DNA of 64,000 nucleotides from Piromyces finnis finn. Its lineage: Eukaryota; Fungi; Neocallimastigomycota. The notes beneath the pieces were generated by a model. It saw only the letters and a program-made list of their open reading frames with translations. It searched no databases and was not told where the DNA came from. How positions within the stretch are numbered: the stretch's first letter is position 1; each line of letters opens with the position of its first letter. A program made the position numbers and the translations under genes. Below, one piece after another: positions 1-14,184 of this stretch. The stretch spans positions 518,567 through 582,566 of the forward strand of contig MCFH01000035.1 in the NCBI GenBank assembly GCA_002104945.1, written 5' to 3'.

Positions 1-300
1 TTAAAAAGAGAGAAATACACATAGTAAATATTTTTTATAATTTAGTTATTTCGAAATTTCTTTTAATGATAAATATATCCATTAATAAATAAATTTAGTA
101 GATTGGGTTACATAATTTCTTTATATTATTATTTGTTTATAAAAAATACTTTTTTTTTTTTAATTCCAAAATTTAAAAAATTGTATATATTTTATCGTAT
201 AAATTTTATCTATTAAATTATTCAGCATACTTTATAAAGATAACTATTATATAAGAAAAAAAAATAATATCAACTATATATATATATTAATAAGAGAAAG

Positions 301-3300
301 ATGAATAATAGATTAAAAATTAATTTAATAAAAGAAAGAACCTTACAAAGAAAAAATGAAATAGAAGGAAAACAAAATTCAAGTGCTGAAACAACAATTT
401 TTTCAAATAATAATAATAGAGTATTTTCCCCAACCCAAAATAATAAAGAACAATACTATCAAGAATTTAATCAATACCCACAAAATGTTGATACGAACTT
501 ACTAAATAGACCTTCAAATAATATTAACGAAAACTTTGTAAGACCAGAAGGTCAAGAAATAACCAGTCCAATGCAACCCATTAATCCTTATGAAGCATAT
601 TCTTATCAACAACAACAACAGCAACAACAACAAATTTCATCATTCACAAATAAACCTACAGTAAGTATATCAACTTCATTTTTCACTTTTAATTGAATTA
701 AAAATTACATTTCATAACATATTAAGAATTAGAATTTATATTTAATACTTATAATAGTAACGATAATATTTAGAATACATTATATTCTCCTAAAAAATAA
801 TAATAATAAATTAAATTAATAATAGATAAATAAATATAGACAAAAATAATTAAAGTATAGTAAAAAAAAAAATTACTAATTAAATTTATTTTAAATTTAC
901 AATTATATTATATTATATTATATTATATTATATTATATTATATAAATATATATTATTGAAAAAAAAATCATTATATAATAATAATAACAACAATAAAAAA
1001 GGAAACATCAAATATAAAGCAACAGCGACAAAAAGCAATTGCTACATTAAGAAAAAGGGTAGAAAAAAACTCACCTATTGAATCTCCACCTGGACTTACC
1101 ACAAATGTATTTCCACAAAATAATTCTATGCAAAATATGGATAAAAATATATTTGATAGAACCAATAATGTTGTAAATATACCAATAATGCCCATGTCTA
1201 ATAATGGTATTTTTGAAAAAGAGTTCACTTATAATAATTCAGCACAACAAAATTCAAATCAACAATATATAATTAATAATGATAACCCAGTTTATTTGGA
1301 TACTAATAATGTAATGATTCAACAAAATCTTATGCCTTCTTCTCCTATCACAAATAATAATGAATTGAAGAGTAAATTTGACAATAAAAATCCTTTGGCA
1401 ATATTATCAAGAAGAATTGAGAAATCAAAAATGGATCATCAGGAAAAGAATAAAATGGAAATAATGGATCAAAGAAAGCAATCTCTTCAAATCCTTGAAA
1501 ATCGTACGAATGAACGTATGTATAATCATAATACCAATAATACAAATGATAAAGCATTCGATTTTTTTCAACAACACAAAAATAATGCAATGTATACTCC
1601 ACAAAAATATTCACCGCCTTTAAATAATGGTATTAATAATGGATTTCAAAACCCAACCCTCTATTCAAATCAATTAAATGGTATTGAAAGAAATGATTCA
1701 TTTTCGTCTAATTCATCTATTCCTCGTGAAGGAAGTGGTGATATACCAACTTCTCCATATGATCAATATTCATCATTTTCTATGAATTCTCGAGTATCCT
1801 CTGTTGATAGTTCCCGCATGTCATCCTTAATGCTTCCTGAAGCTAATAATATGGCAAGATATTCCTCACTATCCTCATCATCAAGATTTGGTTCTAATAA
1901 TTTTATAGAAGAGCCTCAACTTTTTAATAATGACTACAATTCATTTTCACCTCAATTGTATTATCAACAACAGCCGTTACCTAATTCATCAAAGTCAATT
2001 ATTCCTTCTCAGCGTGTTCCTGCACAACGTGTTTCCTCATTAAATTATTCTCAAGATGATATTCCTCAATTAGGTGCTATTGGTAATCCAATCAATAAAA
2101 TAAATAATTCATCGAAATCGAATAACATTAGCCCAATAGCAACTACAACTACAACAAACCTATTAAATCCTATCCTTAATAATTCACCTGTTGAACCTGA
2201 ACAAAATATACGACAGAACGCTATTAATACATTATTAAGACGAATTAAGAATAATGATGGAATGACATCTCCAACTAATATAACTTCTTCACCTTCTCAA
2301 AGAATAAATGCAGATAATATATATAATAACAATAATAGCAATAATAATTATAATAATAATAATCATTCATATGGTACTTTAAATCATTATAGTAAGTAAT
2401 ATTAAATTTCAAAATAATAGTACTAATAGCATATATTATTGTAATGTAATTAAATATAATTTTAAATTTAAGTTTTTAATTCATATTAAATTATTTAAAA
2501 AAAAATATTAATAACTATTATATTTTTTATACCAAAATATTTGTTTTATAACCTTTCATTCTATTTTTTTATTAATTCTATCGTAATATAATATTACTTA
2601 TTTCTTATTAATATTTGGTAACCCTATACAAACCGATACCATCACGTCTGTTTAAATAAAAAAAATTCACTCTACGTATACTATTAATCTACATTATTTT
2701 AAAAATAAAAACAATATAATTTCTTTTTTCTTTTTAATTACAAATAGACAATAACAATATTAGTAATAATAATGATAATAAAGAGGAAGATAACAATAAG
2801 AAACATGATGAAATTAGAAAAAATTTGTTTGCAAAATTAAATAATAGAATAAATATCGCAAATAAAGAATCCTCATCCTCACCACTACGAAAACTTTCCA
2901 ATGAAAATAGTCCAACACAAAATAATAGTAATGGTATCAACAATATTAGTTCAAATGAAAATATGACAAGTGAAGAAAAAGCAAAGGTTCGAAAATCTGT
3001 TATAAATATTATTGGTATGAGAACAAAAAAGAATGAATCGAATCATGAAAACCCTCAAAATAATATTTTAAATATACCATTAAAACCTTTCGAAAGAAAA
3101 TTTATTTGTAAGCTCAAAGTCAATCAAATTTTAAATTTGGCAATGGCTAAAAAACGTTATATTTTTGTTTTTAACGATGCTTTATTTTTATGCAAGGGTA
3201 TTCGACAAGATCATGTTGTAAAATATCAAATTAAAAATATATTTGAAACCAAGAAACTTCGCTTCGCAATGAAGGGTGATGATACTATTTTAGAGGAACA

Positions 3301-5170
3301 ATATTTAAATAAAAATCCCATAGTGAAAAAAGCTGTAAGCCAATTTGCCGTAAATCCGATCAAATCATTACGTTTTCTTTTCCAAAAAAAGTTACTTCAT
3401 TGCTCTTCAATATCCATTGCCTTATTCCTTCATTGTATGCCTGGAATTAGTAAAAGACAGTTAGGTTTTTTCATTGGTATGCCTGAACACAGTGATATTT
3501 TAGAAGCTTTTATCGATGCCATTCCATGTCAAAATGTTCGTTTAGATCAATCTTTAAGATTATTTTTGAAAACCATTCGACTTCCATCCGATAATGATAT
3601 CATTAATCGTATATTTTGTTGCTTTGCTAGAATATGGTATAGCCGTAATGAACATGTTGTTTCATTTGATTATATCATGACCTTAAAATTAGTATTCACT
3701 TTAATTTCCTTAAATGCTGAATTACATCCACCAATTCCAGTAGAAGAACTTGAAATCTATTACAATTCAGACAATGTTGAAAAAATTAAGCAATCCTTCT
3801 TCCATCGTTTTAAAAATAATGAAATGATTTCCGAGGATTTAGAAAATGAAGAAGATGATAATAGTGAGCCAATTAGTACCAACAATACTGATGAACAATA
3901 CTATATTCCAAAACAACTTTTAGAGGATATGTATGAGAGTATTCTAAAAGAAAAAATTGAGGTTGCACCAGATAATATTTCTCTTATTAAACAAAGTCAA
4001 GATGCTCTTAAAGCTACCTTTAGCTATATACCAAAGAGTTCTCAAACCTCAACTGAATATATACCCTCTTCCTCTCAATTATTAGAATTTCCACCAAAAC
4101 TTTATCAAAATGAAACCTCTGGTGTTATTACTGTCACCCTTCCGCATCCTAATCCATATATACAAATTAATATTAACACTCAAGAGCTAAAAGTTACCCC
4201 TGATGTTCTTACATTTGAAAACTCAAATCAAGCCGAATTTACTGTGACAGCATCTAAAACAGTTGGTAGAAAATTATTGATTTTTACAAAGCGTTTAACT
4301 GAGGCTGCATCTCAACTTCCTTTACAAGCCCAACGCACCATTCTAGAAAGCTACTCTAATATTGATTCTAAGTGTATTAAAGTTGAACCAGCCTTCATGA
4401 AACATTCATTAATTTTAGAAACACTTGATGTTCCTGATGGAGGTGAAAAGATGAGTCCTCTTTTAAGTGGACATTTTCATCAAGAAAATGAAGAACCTCG
4501 AATGAACTTGAAAAAATATATTTTTACAGTGGATAGTGATAGAAAAGTCAACGAATTTATTCAATCTACCAAAAAATATATTGGTAAAGTTAATGAGGAA
4601 GATACTACGTTTGATAATACGAAAAAGAATAGTTTGATGGGTGGTACAGCACTAGAGGAGACAGGTGAAGGAAATGCTGTTCCTGGTAAAAACGATTTTC
4701 TAATGCCACCCGGAAAAGATGAACCAACAAAGCTTATTTCTCGCTCCAATTCTGTGGATAATTTTTCTGTATTAATGTATTCTGATGAAATAAATTTAAA
4801 TGAGGAAGATCAATCCTTTATTTCTCGTTGTAATGAAGCCGTTCCCCGAAACATTGTTATTCTTCGTGAATATTTCCTTCCTAATGATAGAAAATTTAAT
4901 ACTATTGGTCGTTCTCTCTCTACCTTAAAAATTACTGATATGGGTAGTCATGGATATCACTATAATAATGATGTCAATAGTTTAAGACATTATTCTGCTA
5001 CAGGATCTGTTGACAGTCTTCATGATGATACTGAAGACAATGAAACTAATATTCCTGAAAGGACATATTCTACCACTGCTCAATCTAAACCTCTTCAAGC
5101 ATCTAATGAAGAAAAATCATATGAAGAAAGTCAATTTATTAATATTATATTAAATCAACTTTTAATATAA
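301..5170 (+). CDS. Sec7-domain (ARF-GEF-like) protein with long disordered N-terminus and PH-like domain; 3 exons (301-660, about 1026-2391, 2748-5170)
   Basis: Three ORF-track ORFs join in frame through GT-AG introns: donors gtaagt at 661 and 2392, acceptor tag at 2745-2747; the first acceptor could be 1001, 1019 or 1025. Sec7-like segment GISKRQLGFFIG...LDQSLRLFLKTIRLPSDNDIINRIF...VFTLISLNAELH, preceded by PH-like RYIFVFNDALFLCK. Confidence 0.8.
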
Positions 5171-6245
5171 TAATATATTATCAAATTATTTTATTAAAAA
5201 AAAAAAAAAAAAAAAAAAAAGGAAAGAAAGAAATTGAAACTTTAAAAAAAAAAACAAATATATATAATAATACATATTTAAAAAAAAATAAAACAATAAT
5301 GTTTGAAATTTACTATTTTAAATGAGAATAAAATAAATCAAATTAAAATAGTTATGTTAAAAAGAAATAAGTTATTTTATTTTTTATAATATTTTTTTAT
5401 TATTATTAAACCATCTTCTTTAACATTTAATACCAACAATAAAAATATTTCTTTTTTTTTTTTTTAATATACAAATTGTAAAAAATAATAAATAAATAAA
5501 AATTAAAATAAAATAAAAATATATTTATAAAATTCAAAATTAAAATCTTTATTTCTTTTAATTATTATTTAACTGTTCTACAATTTTTTCAATAGGTAAA
5601 AAATTTAAAAAATTAAAATTATTAAAGTTTATAATTTCATTTTTTTAAAAAGAAAAAAAAAAAGTATTAATAATAATATAATTAGTAAAAAACAATGACA
5701 GTGAAAGATATTTTTATATCTTATATGTAGTGTATGTAAATTTATTGAATAATATATTATAAAGATGAATTTTTTTTTATAAAGGAAAGAAATATAAAGG
5801 CCATTTATTTTATTTATATTCCCAAAAATTTTTTTAAACTTTTGTGCAACTTATGAAATTATACTAATATATCACTTAAATATTTTCTATTTAATATTTT
5901 TTTTTAAAAAAAAAAAAAAAAGTAATTTATCAAATTCGAAAAATATACCAGTTATTTTTAAAGAAACATTATAATAATATTATTTAAAGATTTTTATTTT
6001 TACTTCAAATCTCAATAGAATTTTATATATATCTATAATTTTAAAAGATATATATATTTTTAATAATAGAAAAATTATTATTAATAATTTGAAATCCAAA
6101 TTTCAACTATCTTTTAGCGGCTTTTCAACATAAAAATTACACTTTTTTTTTTCTTTTCATTTTTTCTTTTTCTTTTTCTATATTTATTTTTTTTCCTCAT
6201 TTTATCTTTCATATTATCCAACTATCAAATATATAATATTAAACA

Positions 6246-8981
6246 ATGGAAAAATATCAGGTTTCTATATATAATTAATAATTAAAATTATAAAATTTTG
6301 AAGATTCATGAAATTCAAATTAACTTTTTTCCTTCTTTTTTTTTTTTTTTTACCTAATAAAAATTATTTTATTATATATTTTTAAAAAATGAATCAATAT
6401 CACCTTATTATATTTAATAACATATAACACTCAACATTTCATATAAAATCCTCTATATATTTTAAATACATTTTATTTATATTAATTATTTAATAATAAT
6501 TTCATTATAAAAAATGGATGAATTATTTTCTCTTAAATGATGTTTTATTAATATTTTCAATAATTTATATATGCTGGAACTATCCATATACTAATAATAT
6601 CAATTACATTATATTGTCATTTTTATCATATATATTGAATATTTATTAATTGTTTATAAATATATATTGATTATCAAATAAAATTTAAATATAACAAAAA
6701 TTAAAATTAAAATGACCTGATTCAAATTCTTATAAACAAAAATAAAAAACGAAAATAAATAAACATTGGAACCTACACTGTAAAATAAACAAAAAAAAAA
6801 AAAAAAAGAAAATTGAAAAAATTGGTGAAGGTACCTATGGTGTTGTATATAAAGCACAAAATAAAGAGACTGGTGATATAGTAGCATTAAAAAGAGTAAT
6901 AAAATATTTTTTTTTATTTTTGAATTGAACTACTTTTTAATTTTTTTTTTTTTAATACTTATTTAGTAGGAAATTCTAACTATTTTAATTACATTTTTCA
7001 ATTTTATTTTCTAATAGATTCGTCTTGATAATGAAGAAGAAGTAATTATATTAAAGATTTTCAATACACATTTCCTTTAAATTACTATTATTATTATTAT
7101 TATTATTATTATATTTTTTTTTTTTTTTTTTTTTAAGAAAAAAAAACCTATGTGTATAATATTAAATCATTGATATGTTATTATTCATTCTTACTTAACA
7201 CAATTTTTAGGGAGTTCCATGTACAGGTAAAACATATTATTATTGTTATTAGTATGTATATATATATATGTATATCAAAGTATAAATTAGTAAAATATCT
7301 AATTAATAATATTAATAATACAAATAGCTATTAGAGAAATCTCACTATTGAAGGAATTGAAACATCCTAGTATTGTAAAGTAAGCTTATTGCTATATTTG
7401 CTATATTTAATAATAATAAAATTTTATTAAATACAATATTTACATAGTTTCAAACAAAATTTTTCAAGTAAAAATATTCAATAATTATTTACTTTTTTAT
7501 ATATAAATTTTTTTTATTTAATTACAAAAATAAAGGCTATATGATGTAATACATACAGAAAAAAAGTTGACATTGGTTTTTGAATACATGGATTTAGACT
7601 TAAAGAAATCTTTAGATATGAATAGTGGTGAAATGGATCCTTACACTATGAAAGTAAGATATATAAATATTAGATGATATATATAAAAGAAAATTAAATA
7701 TTAATAATAATAACAAGTAAATAAATAAATATTTAAAATATACATCTCTTAATATTACTATTATATTTTTTATTGTTGCTATACTAATATTGTTAATATT
7801 ATTATTGTATTTCAAAATTTAAAACTTTAAATTTCAAAAAATATAAAAGAAATTAATGTATCAATTATTAGAAGGAATTGCTTATTGCCATGAACATAGA
7901 GTATTACATAGAGATTTAAAACCACAAGTAAATAATCTTAAATTGTTTATGATTATATCAGTTTGGAAAATTGATAATATAATTAATTTCAACAAATATA
8001 TAAAAATAATAATGAATAACAATTTTTTATTTTAATATAATACCATCTCGATATTTTATAGAATTTATTAATAAATAAGGTATTTTATACTTATTTACAT
8101 GATATATATTTTAATAAATAAAAAAAAAAAAAAAATCAAACTATAATAAAATACTAATTGTATTGTCTATTAAATACATGATTATATAAATTCAAACATT
8201 AGAGAGGTGATTTAAAACTTGGTGATTTCGGTTTAGCTAGAGCCTTTGGTGTACCTGTTAGAAGCTATTCAAATGAAGTAAATATCGAATTCATATTTAT
8301 ATTAACATATTTATAAAAAGTCAATTTTTTATCTCTTATACCTTTTATTAATTTATAATATATTTAAACTTATTCATGATAATATAGGTCGTAACGCTAT
8401 GGTAAATAGATATTCTCATTATTTTTTTATATGAAAACTATATAAATGTTATAAAAATATTTATATTTAATTGCATATATTGCATATACCTATAAAGGTA
8501 TAGAGCTCCGGATGTTTTAATGGGGTCTAGACAATATTCAACATCAATTGATCTATGGTCATTAGGATGTATTATGGCTGGTGAATATAATAATAATAAT
8601 AATTGTTCAATAATAGAAATAATAACTTAAAATATATCAACAATATTAAATAAAATAATTATTAATTTTTTTAATTATTTAATATATATATATATATATA
8701 TAAGAAATGGCTACTGGTAGACCATTATTTTGTGGAAGTTCTATTAGAGATCAACTTATGAAAATATTTAAATATCCTTTTTTTTTTCAATTAATAGTAC
8801 TATTATAATTAAATAAAAACAGATAATTATTAAAAAAAGTCGCTTTTCAGTATTTATTATTTTCTTTAACTTTTATTTTCGTTCTTACAGTATTAGGTAC
8901 ACCAGATACTACCGTATGGCCTAAGGTTACAGAATTGCCGGATTGGAGGGTAAAATTTTAAAGTGGCATTAATTTTCTTTT

Positions 8982-9020
<39 letters not shown>

Positions 9021-9299
9021 TTAGCCTGATTTTCCTGTTTACCCAAAAATGGAGTTAGAAACATTATTCCCAAGATTAGATTCACTTGGTATTGATTTAT
9101 TGAGTAGATTATTAGAATATCCTCCAGAAAAAAGAATTAGTGCTGAAGATGCTCTCCATCGTAAATAGACATATTTATATATTTGTATATTAAACAATAG
9201 TTTTATATATATTTAATATTATAAATTCAAACATCTTAAATAATTTATTCATTTGTAATATAAATTTATTTAGATCGATATTTCCATGATTTAAAATAA
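6246..9299 (+). CDS. CDK5: CDK5-like cyclin-dependent kinase (PCTAIRE helix), 15 exons, 289 aa
   Basis: Manual assembly: 6246-6260, 6809-6895, 7018-7041, 7211-7226, 7328-7379, 7536-7653, 7850-7927, 8062-8079, 8203-8277, 8388-8401, 8498-8580, 8705-8771, 8889-8949, 9025-9160, 9274-9299 gives an 870-nt open frame. Motifs [48 protein letters not shown]. Missed by the ORF track. Orthology to CDK5 rather than CDK1/PHO85 is inferred. Confidence 0.88.
8772..8888 (+). other. U12-type (minor spliceosome) AT-AC intron in the CDK gene
   Basis: 5' end ATATCCTTT at 8772, branch-like TTCTTTAAC at 8862-8870, 3' end TTAC at 8885-8888. Removal restores KIFK-VLGTP in frame; I found no GT donor that does so. 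Confidence 0.88.
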
Positions 9300-9435
9300 A
9301 AATATTTATATATTAATAAATATATAAATATATAATTTTAAGATTTTATATAACAATATGCTAATTATCTTTCCCATTTCATTCAAGGCATTAAATATAG
9401 ATATCGATTTACAATTATTCAATAATAACATAACC

Positions 9436-9475
<40 letters not shown>

Positions 9476-11144
9476 GTTAATATATAATAAAAAATTAAAT
9501 ATCAAATCACGTTTTTTACCATTTAACATTTAATAATAATCACACTAATATAATATTTTTAATATATTATTCTATATTCTGTAAAATTATTAGCTTGCTA
9601 ATAAAACTTTTTTTTTATCTTTTTTTTAATATATATTTAAATTCAAGCTAATTATTATAAAATTAAATAAAATCATTTAACCCTGATAAAAGTATTATTT
9701 TAGAAAATATTTAAGTTTATTATTCTTCTTTTCATTTTATAATTATATTTAATAGTATATTGGGATTTTCTTTTTAAAAAAAAAAAAGTCTAATTATTAT
9801 ACTACTTTTAAAATTAAATTTACTATTCAAATACTTAAAAAAATCTAATTTATAATTTGATTTTATCTTTATCAAAATAATTAAATGATTGTTTTTGTTA
9901 GCAACCTTTAAATATTCCTATATTCTTTCTTATTTTATATAATATTTTATTAAACTCCCTCCTCTCTCATTATTTCTTTTTATATAAATAAATTTAAGCA
10001 TTGCTATCCTAAAAGATTAGAAATATTAGATAATTGTTTAAATATAAAATTTATCCAGGTTAGAAAATGTAGTTGTAATACACATAAATATTTTGATTTT
10101 ATATAATAAATTTACATAAAATCTAATATAGGTTAAAAAATAAGAAATGATCAAATAAAAAAAAAAAATACAATATATCCTTTATTCATATATAATATGT
10201 TTTCTATATATACATAACAAAATGTAAAAAGTTTAAATACTTTTATAATTTATGATATATATTATAAATTATAAATCACATATATAAAATATATATTAAG
10301 TTTAAAAAAACTTTAAATTAATTAATGCTTAAATAAATCATTAGTTTATTGAAAATAAATAACTTGGCCCTTTATTAAAACCAAAGCTTCATTTCTTTTT
10401 TACAACTCATAATAAAACAAAATTTTTTAAGATTTTTATTAATTAAAAAAATAAAATATAAAATTTTTATAGTTTAATTTAGTATTTGATTTATACCAAT
10501 CAAACATTTACTAAAGTTTACTCATTTTATTTAATTAAAGATATTAATTGAAATGAAAACTATATAAATAGGTGTAATTTTTCTTTATTACTTTTTTTAA
10601 TCATTAATCCCTAATATTTCTGCAGAACGAGTAAATCTTTCGCCTTTTACTAAAGATTTCCGTGTAGAATTATTATAATATTGGGAATATAGGAATTTTT
10701 GGAATTTTTGGAATTTTCTTCAAAAAGAAGAAAAAAATTATATTTATTTAATTTAAAAATTGTGAAAAATAATATTAAAAATTGTATTCTTTATAAATAA
10801 GTTAAAAGCAATAAAAATTATTTAATTGCTCTGAAAATGAAAGAATAAAAAAAAATAACTTTAATATGAACAAAAAAAGTCAATTTAGTTTTTTTTTTGA
10901 TATTAAATTGAAATTTATTTATGTATTTATGATTATTTCAACTTTTTTATATTTAAATTTTTATTATTTATTTATTTTAATTGCAATTTTTTTTAAAGAC
11001 TTTAACTTTTTTATTTTTTTTTTTATATAGATCAAAAAATATTATTACAATCTTTTTTTTTTTCTTTTATTATTTACTAATAAAAAAAAAAAACATGAAT
11101 TTAGTTTTCATATTATCGTACATAAGTTGTTATGTTTAATTATT

Positions 11145-13288
11145 TCAATCAAATGATTTATCATTTTGCTTATTAAAGGATTTTATTTGATTGAGTTTGT
11201 TATTCCAGTAGTTAACTCTTCTAAAATCACGATTTTCAAGTTCATCTATTATCTATTATATATTATTATTATCATTATTATTAATATAATAATTTAATAT
11301 TATATAAATTAATAATTTGATAAAATATTCTTATTTATTTAATTAAATGTTTAATATCTTACTTTTAATAAGTTTTGGTATCCCTCTTTTGTTGGGTCTT
11401 TACGATATTTCATTTCACATATTTCATAATACATACTTAATGGAAAGATACATGTTTTGTCATCCTTTAATTGAATACATAATTCTTCAACATTTGGATA
11501 GTCTAAGAGAGTTTTTTCATTTAACTTAATAATACTTTTTGAAGTTAAAGAAAATAATAATTTTTTTTTATAATTAATGAATTAATATATCAACTATTTT
11601 TTTTTAAACATTTTTTACAATAATTTAAATATTATAATTCATTACCCTTTTAAATAACTCCATGGACATTTATTATTTGGTAATACCTTAATTTTTTCAA
11701 TGGCATAACTAATTTTGAAGATATTTATGAAAGATAAAAAAAAAAAAAGAAAGAAAATAAAAAAATTATTATATTTACATTTTTTAAAATAATTAAAATA
11801 ATTATATAAATATAGATATTATGTATACTATAAATATATCTTTATATTAATTTATTACTTTATTTCATTTTCTGCATCACTATCTAAAAGAATTTCTGGA
11901 CGGTTATTATAGAAAAACATTCTTTGGTTCCAGGCTGAATTATTTCTAATGTCTTCTAATAAAAGCTCATCAATATATTCAAGTTCACTATTATTAAATA
12001 AATTGAAACGAGTAATTAACCATTGTCTTCATTAAATATATCAATTCATTAAATATGTTAAAAAGGAATATGTATATAACATTTATTCAGAATATAAAGG
12101 GAAAAAATTTAATAAGATTTTTAAATTAATTATTTTGATATGTAATATATATAAATTATATAATTCCTGTTTTTAAAATATAAAAGTTATATAATACATA
12201 ATAATTAAATAATTAGATATTAAAAAAAAAAAAGTTCATACCGATATGCCCATGCATGATAATTTTTCGCATCATATTCAAGAACAATTTTTATTAAATC
12301 CATTTCTTCTACAGGATCATTTAAATTGTCTACCATAACTTGTCTATGATGCCTTTTATATATTGTAAATTAGAATTATTTTATATATTATTATGATTTT
12401 TGAATTATTTTTAAAATATATACATAAAAAGGATAAATATAATATTTTAAAAGGTTAATATTAATAATAATTATAATACTAAAAACTATAAATATACATT
12501 ATTTTAATATTTTAAATATAATTATAATTAATGAATGATCCATTATTAAAAAATTTTCATACCAAATTTGATAAGATTTCATGGTATCGAAAGTAGTTTC
12601 TTCCATTTTTTGTAATTCTTCTCTTAAATCATAATTAAGTTGAAGAAGGATATCTTGTCTATATTTCCTACATTTATATATACATTTGTATTATACATGA
12701 ATTTATGCATATTTAATGAATTTGTTATATAATTTTATACACTAATTATAATGTAAAATTTAAATATAATAATATGAAATTTGATTTCATGAAAATAAAA
12801 ATTTATATATATTTCCAACAATTCCAAATGTATTGTTTAAATACAAAAAAATATAAATTTCGAAATTATGTATGCACCATATATAATAATGAGCTGGATT
12901 ATATCCAATTAAAAATTCAGTAAGTTCAAGAGCTCTTTCACTAATTTCTTTCTTCTTAACAATTGCTCTAAAAACATCCATGGCATCAGTATCTTATTAT
13001 TTTTATTATTATTAAAATTCAATTTTTTAAATATATACACATAGATATATATATCCCATTAAAAAATATGGTTAAGTATCATATTGAAACTATAATAGCA
13101 TTTTTAAAATGTTTTATTATTAATGAAGAAAAAAAAAAAATTCAAAAATGGTTACATTCTTTATCATAATTAATAGAAATTAATCTTGGTTTTGATTCAT
13201 CATATTGTGGAATAGGTTCAATATCTGACCATTCTGGTCTTTTACTATATAATACAAAGGTTTCATTATTTTGTTCTTGTTCGGCCAT
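11145..13288 (-). CDS. RAM2: Protein farnesyltransferase/geranylgeranyltransferase-I alpha subunit, about 7 exons
   Basis: Start [28 protein letters not shown] at 13288. PPTA repeats MDVFRAI...[56 protein letters not shown]. Last exon RVNYW, stop at 11145. All introns GT-AG. Confidence 0.88.
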
Positions 13289-13793
13289 TTTATTTTAAAT
13301 ATACTTAATATGTTTAATAAAAAATATTAAATAAAATTTAAAAAAAATCAAAATTTATAATTATTCATTTACATAATTAAATAATTTAATAAATAAATAA
13401 ATAAATAAATAAATAAGTGTATGAATTAATAAACAAATAAATGAATGAATGAATGAATAACATTATATAATGTATGTATCAATAAAAATTAATAAAGAAA
13501 ATAAAATTATTAATATTTAATTTTTATGAAAAATGCTTTTATAGTTATGAAAGCATTTTATATATATATAATAAATAGAATAAAAAAAAGTATAATAGTT
13601 TAAGATAAAAATATATATTAAAAACTTAAAAAAACACTTTTATATACTATATTATATTTATATTTATATTTCGTTTATATTTATTATAATAATGTTTTAG
13701 AAAAGAGTTTATTAATATAACCATTTTTATTTTTTAAAAGATTTTTATATTTATTATATATTTAGCATAATATATAAAAAACTTCGTTTTTCC

Positions 13794-14147
13794 TTAGTCA
13801 AATAATAATCCTGTTAAGGTCAATATAGTATTATTTTTAATTGCTTCTCTTGCTTCCGCTATTATTGTAGATTTTTCTTTTCCAACTTTTATTTTTATTT
13901 TAAAATATAATTAATAAATAAAAAAGAATAATTTTATTATTAATCAAAACTTAAAATATTAATTATCAATTTTCATAGAACTTACATCTTAAATTTGCTG
14001 CCTTGTGAATGATTTTATTTACTTCCTTTAATGAATTAACTAATTGCTCATGATTTGAAGTTCGTTTTGAATATTCTAAGAATATATCAGAGTTTAAGTT
14101 ATTTATAGCATGATAACCTTTTCTTAAATTTTGACTACAACAGATAA

Positions 14148-14184
<37 letters not shown>

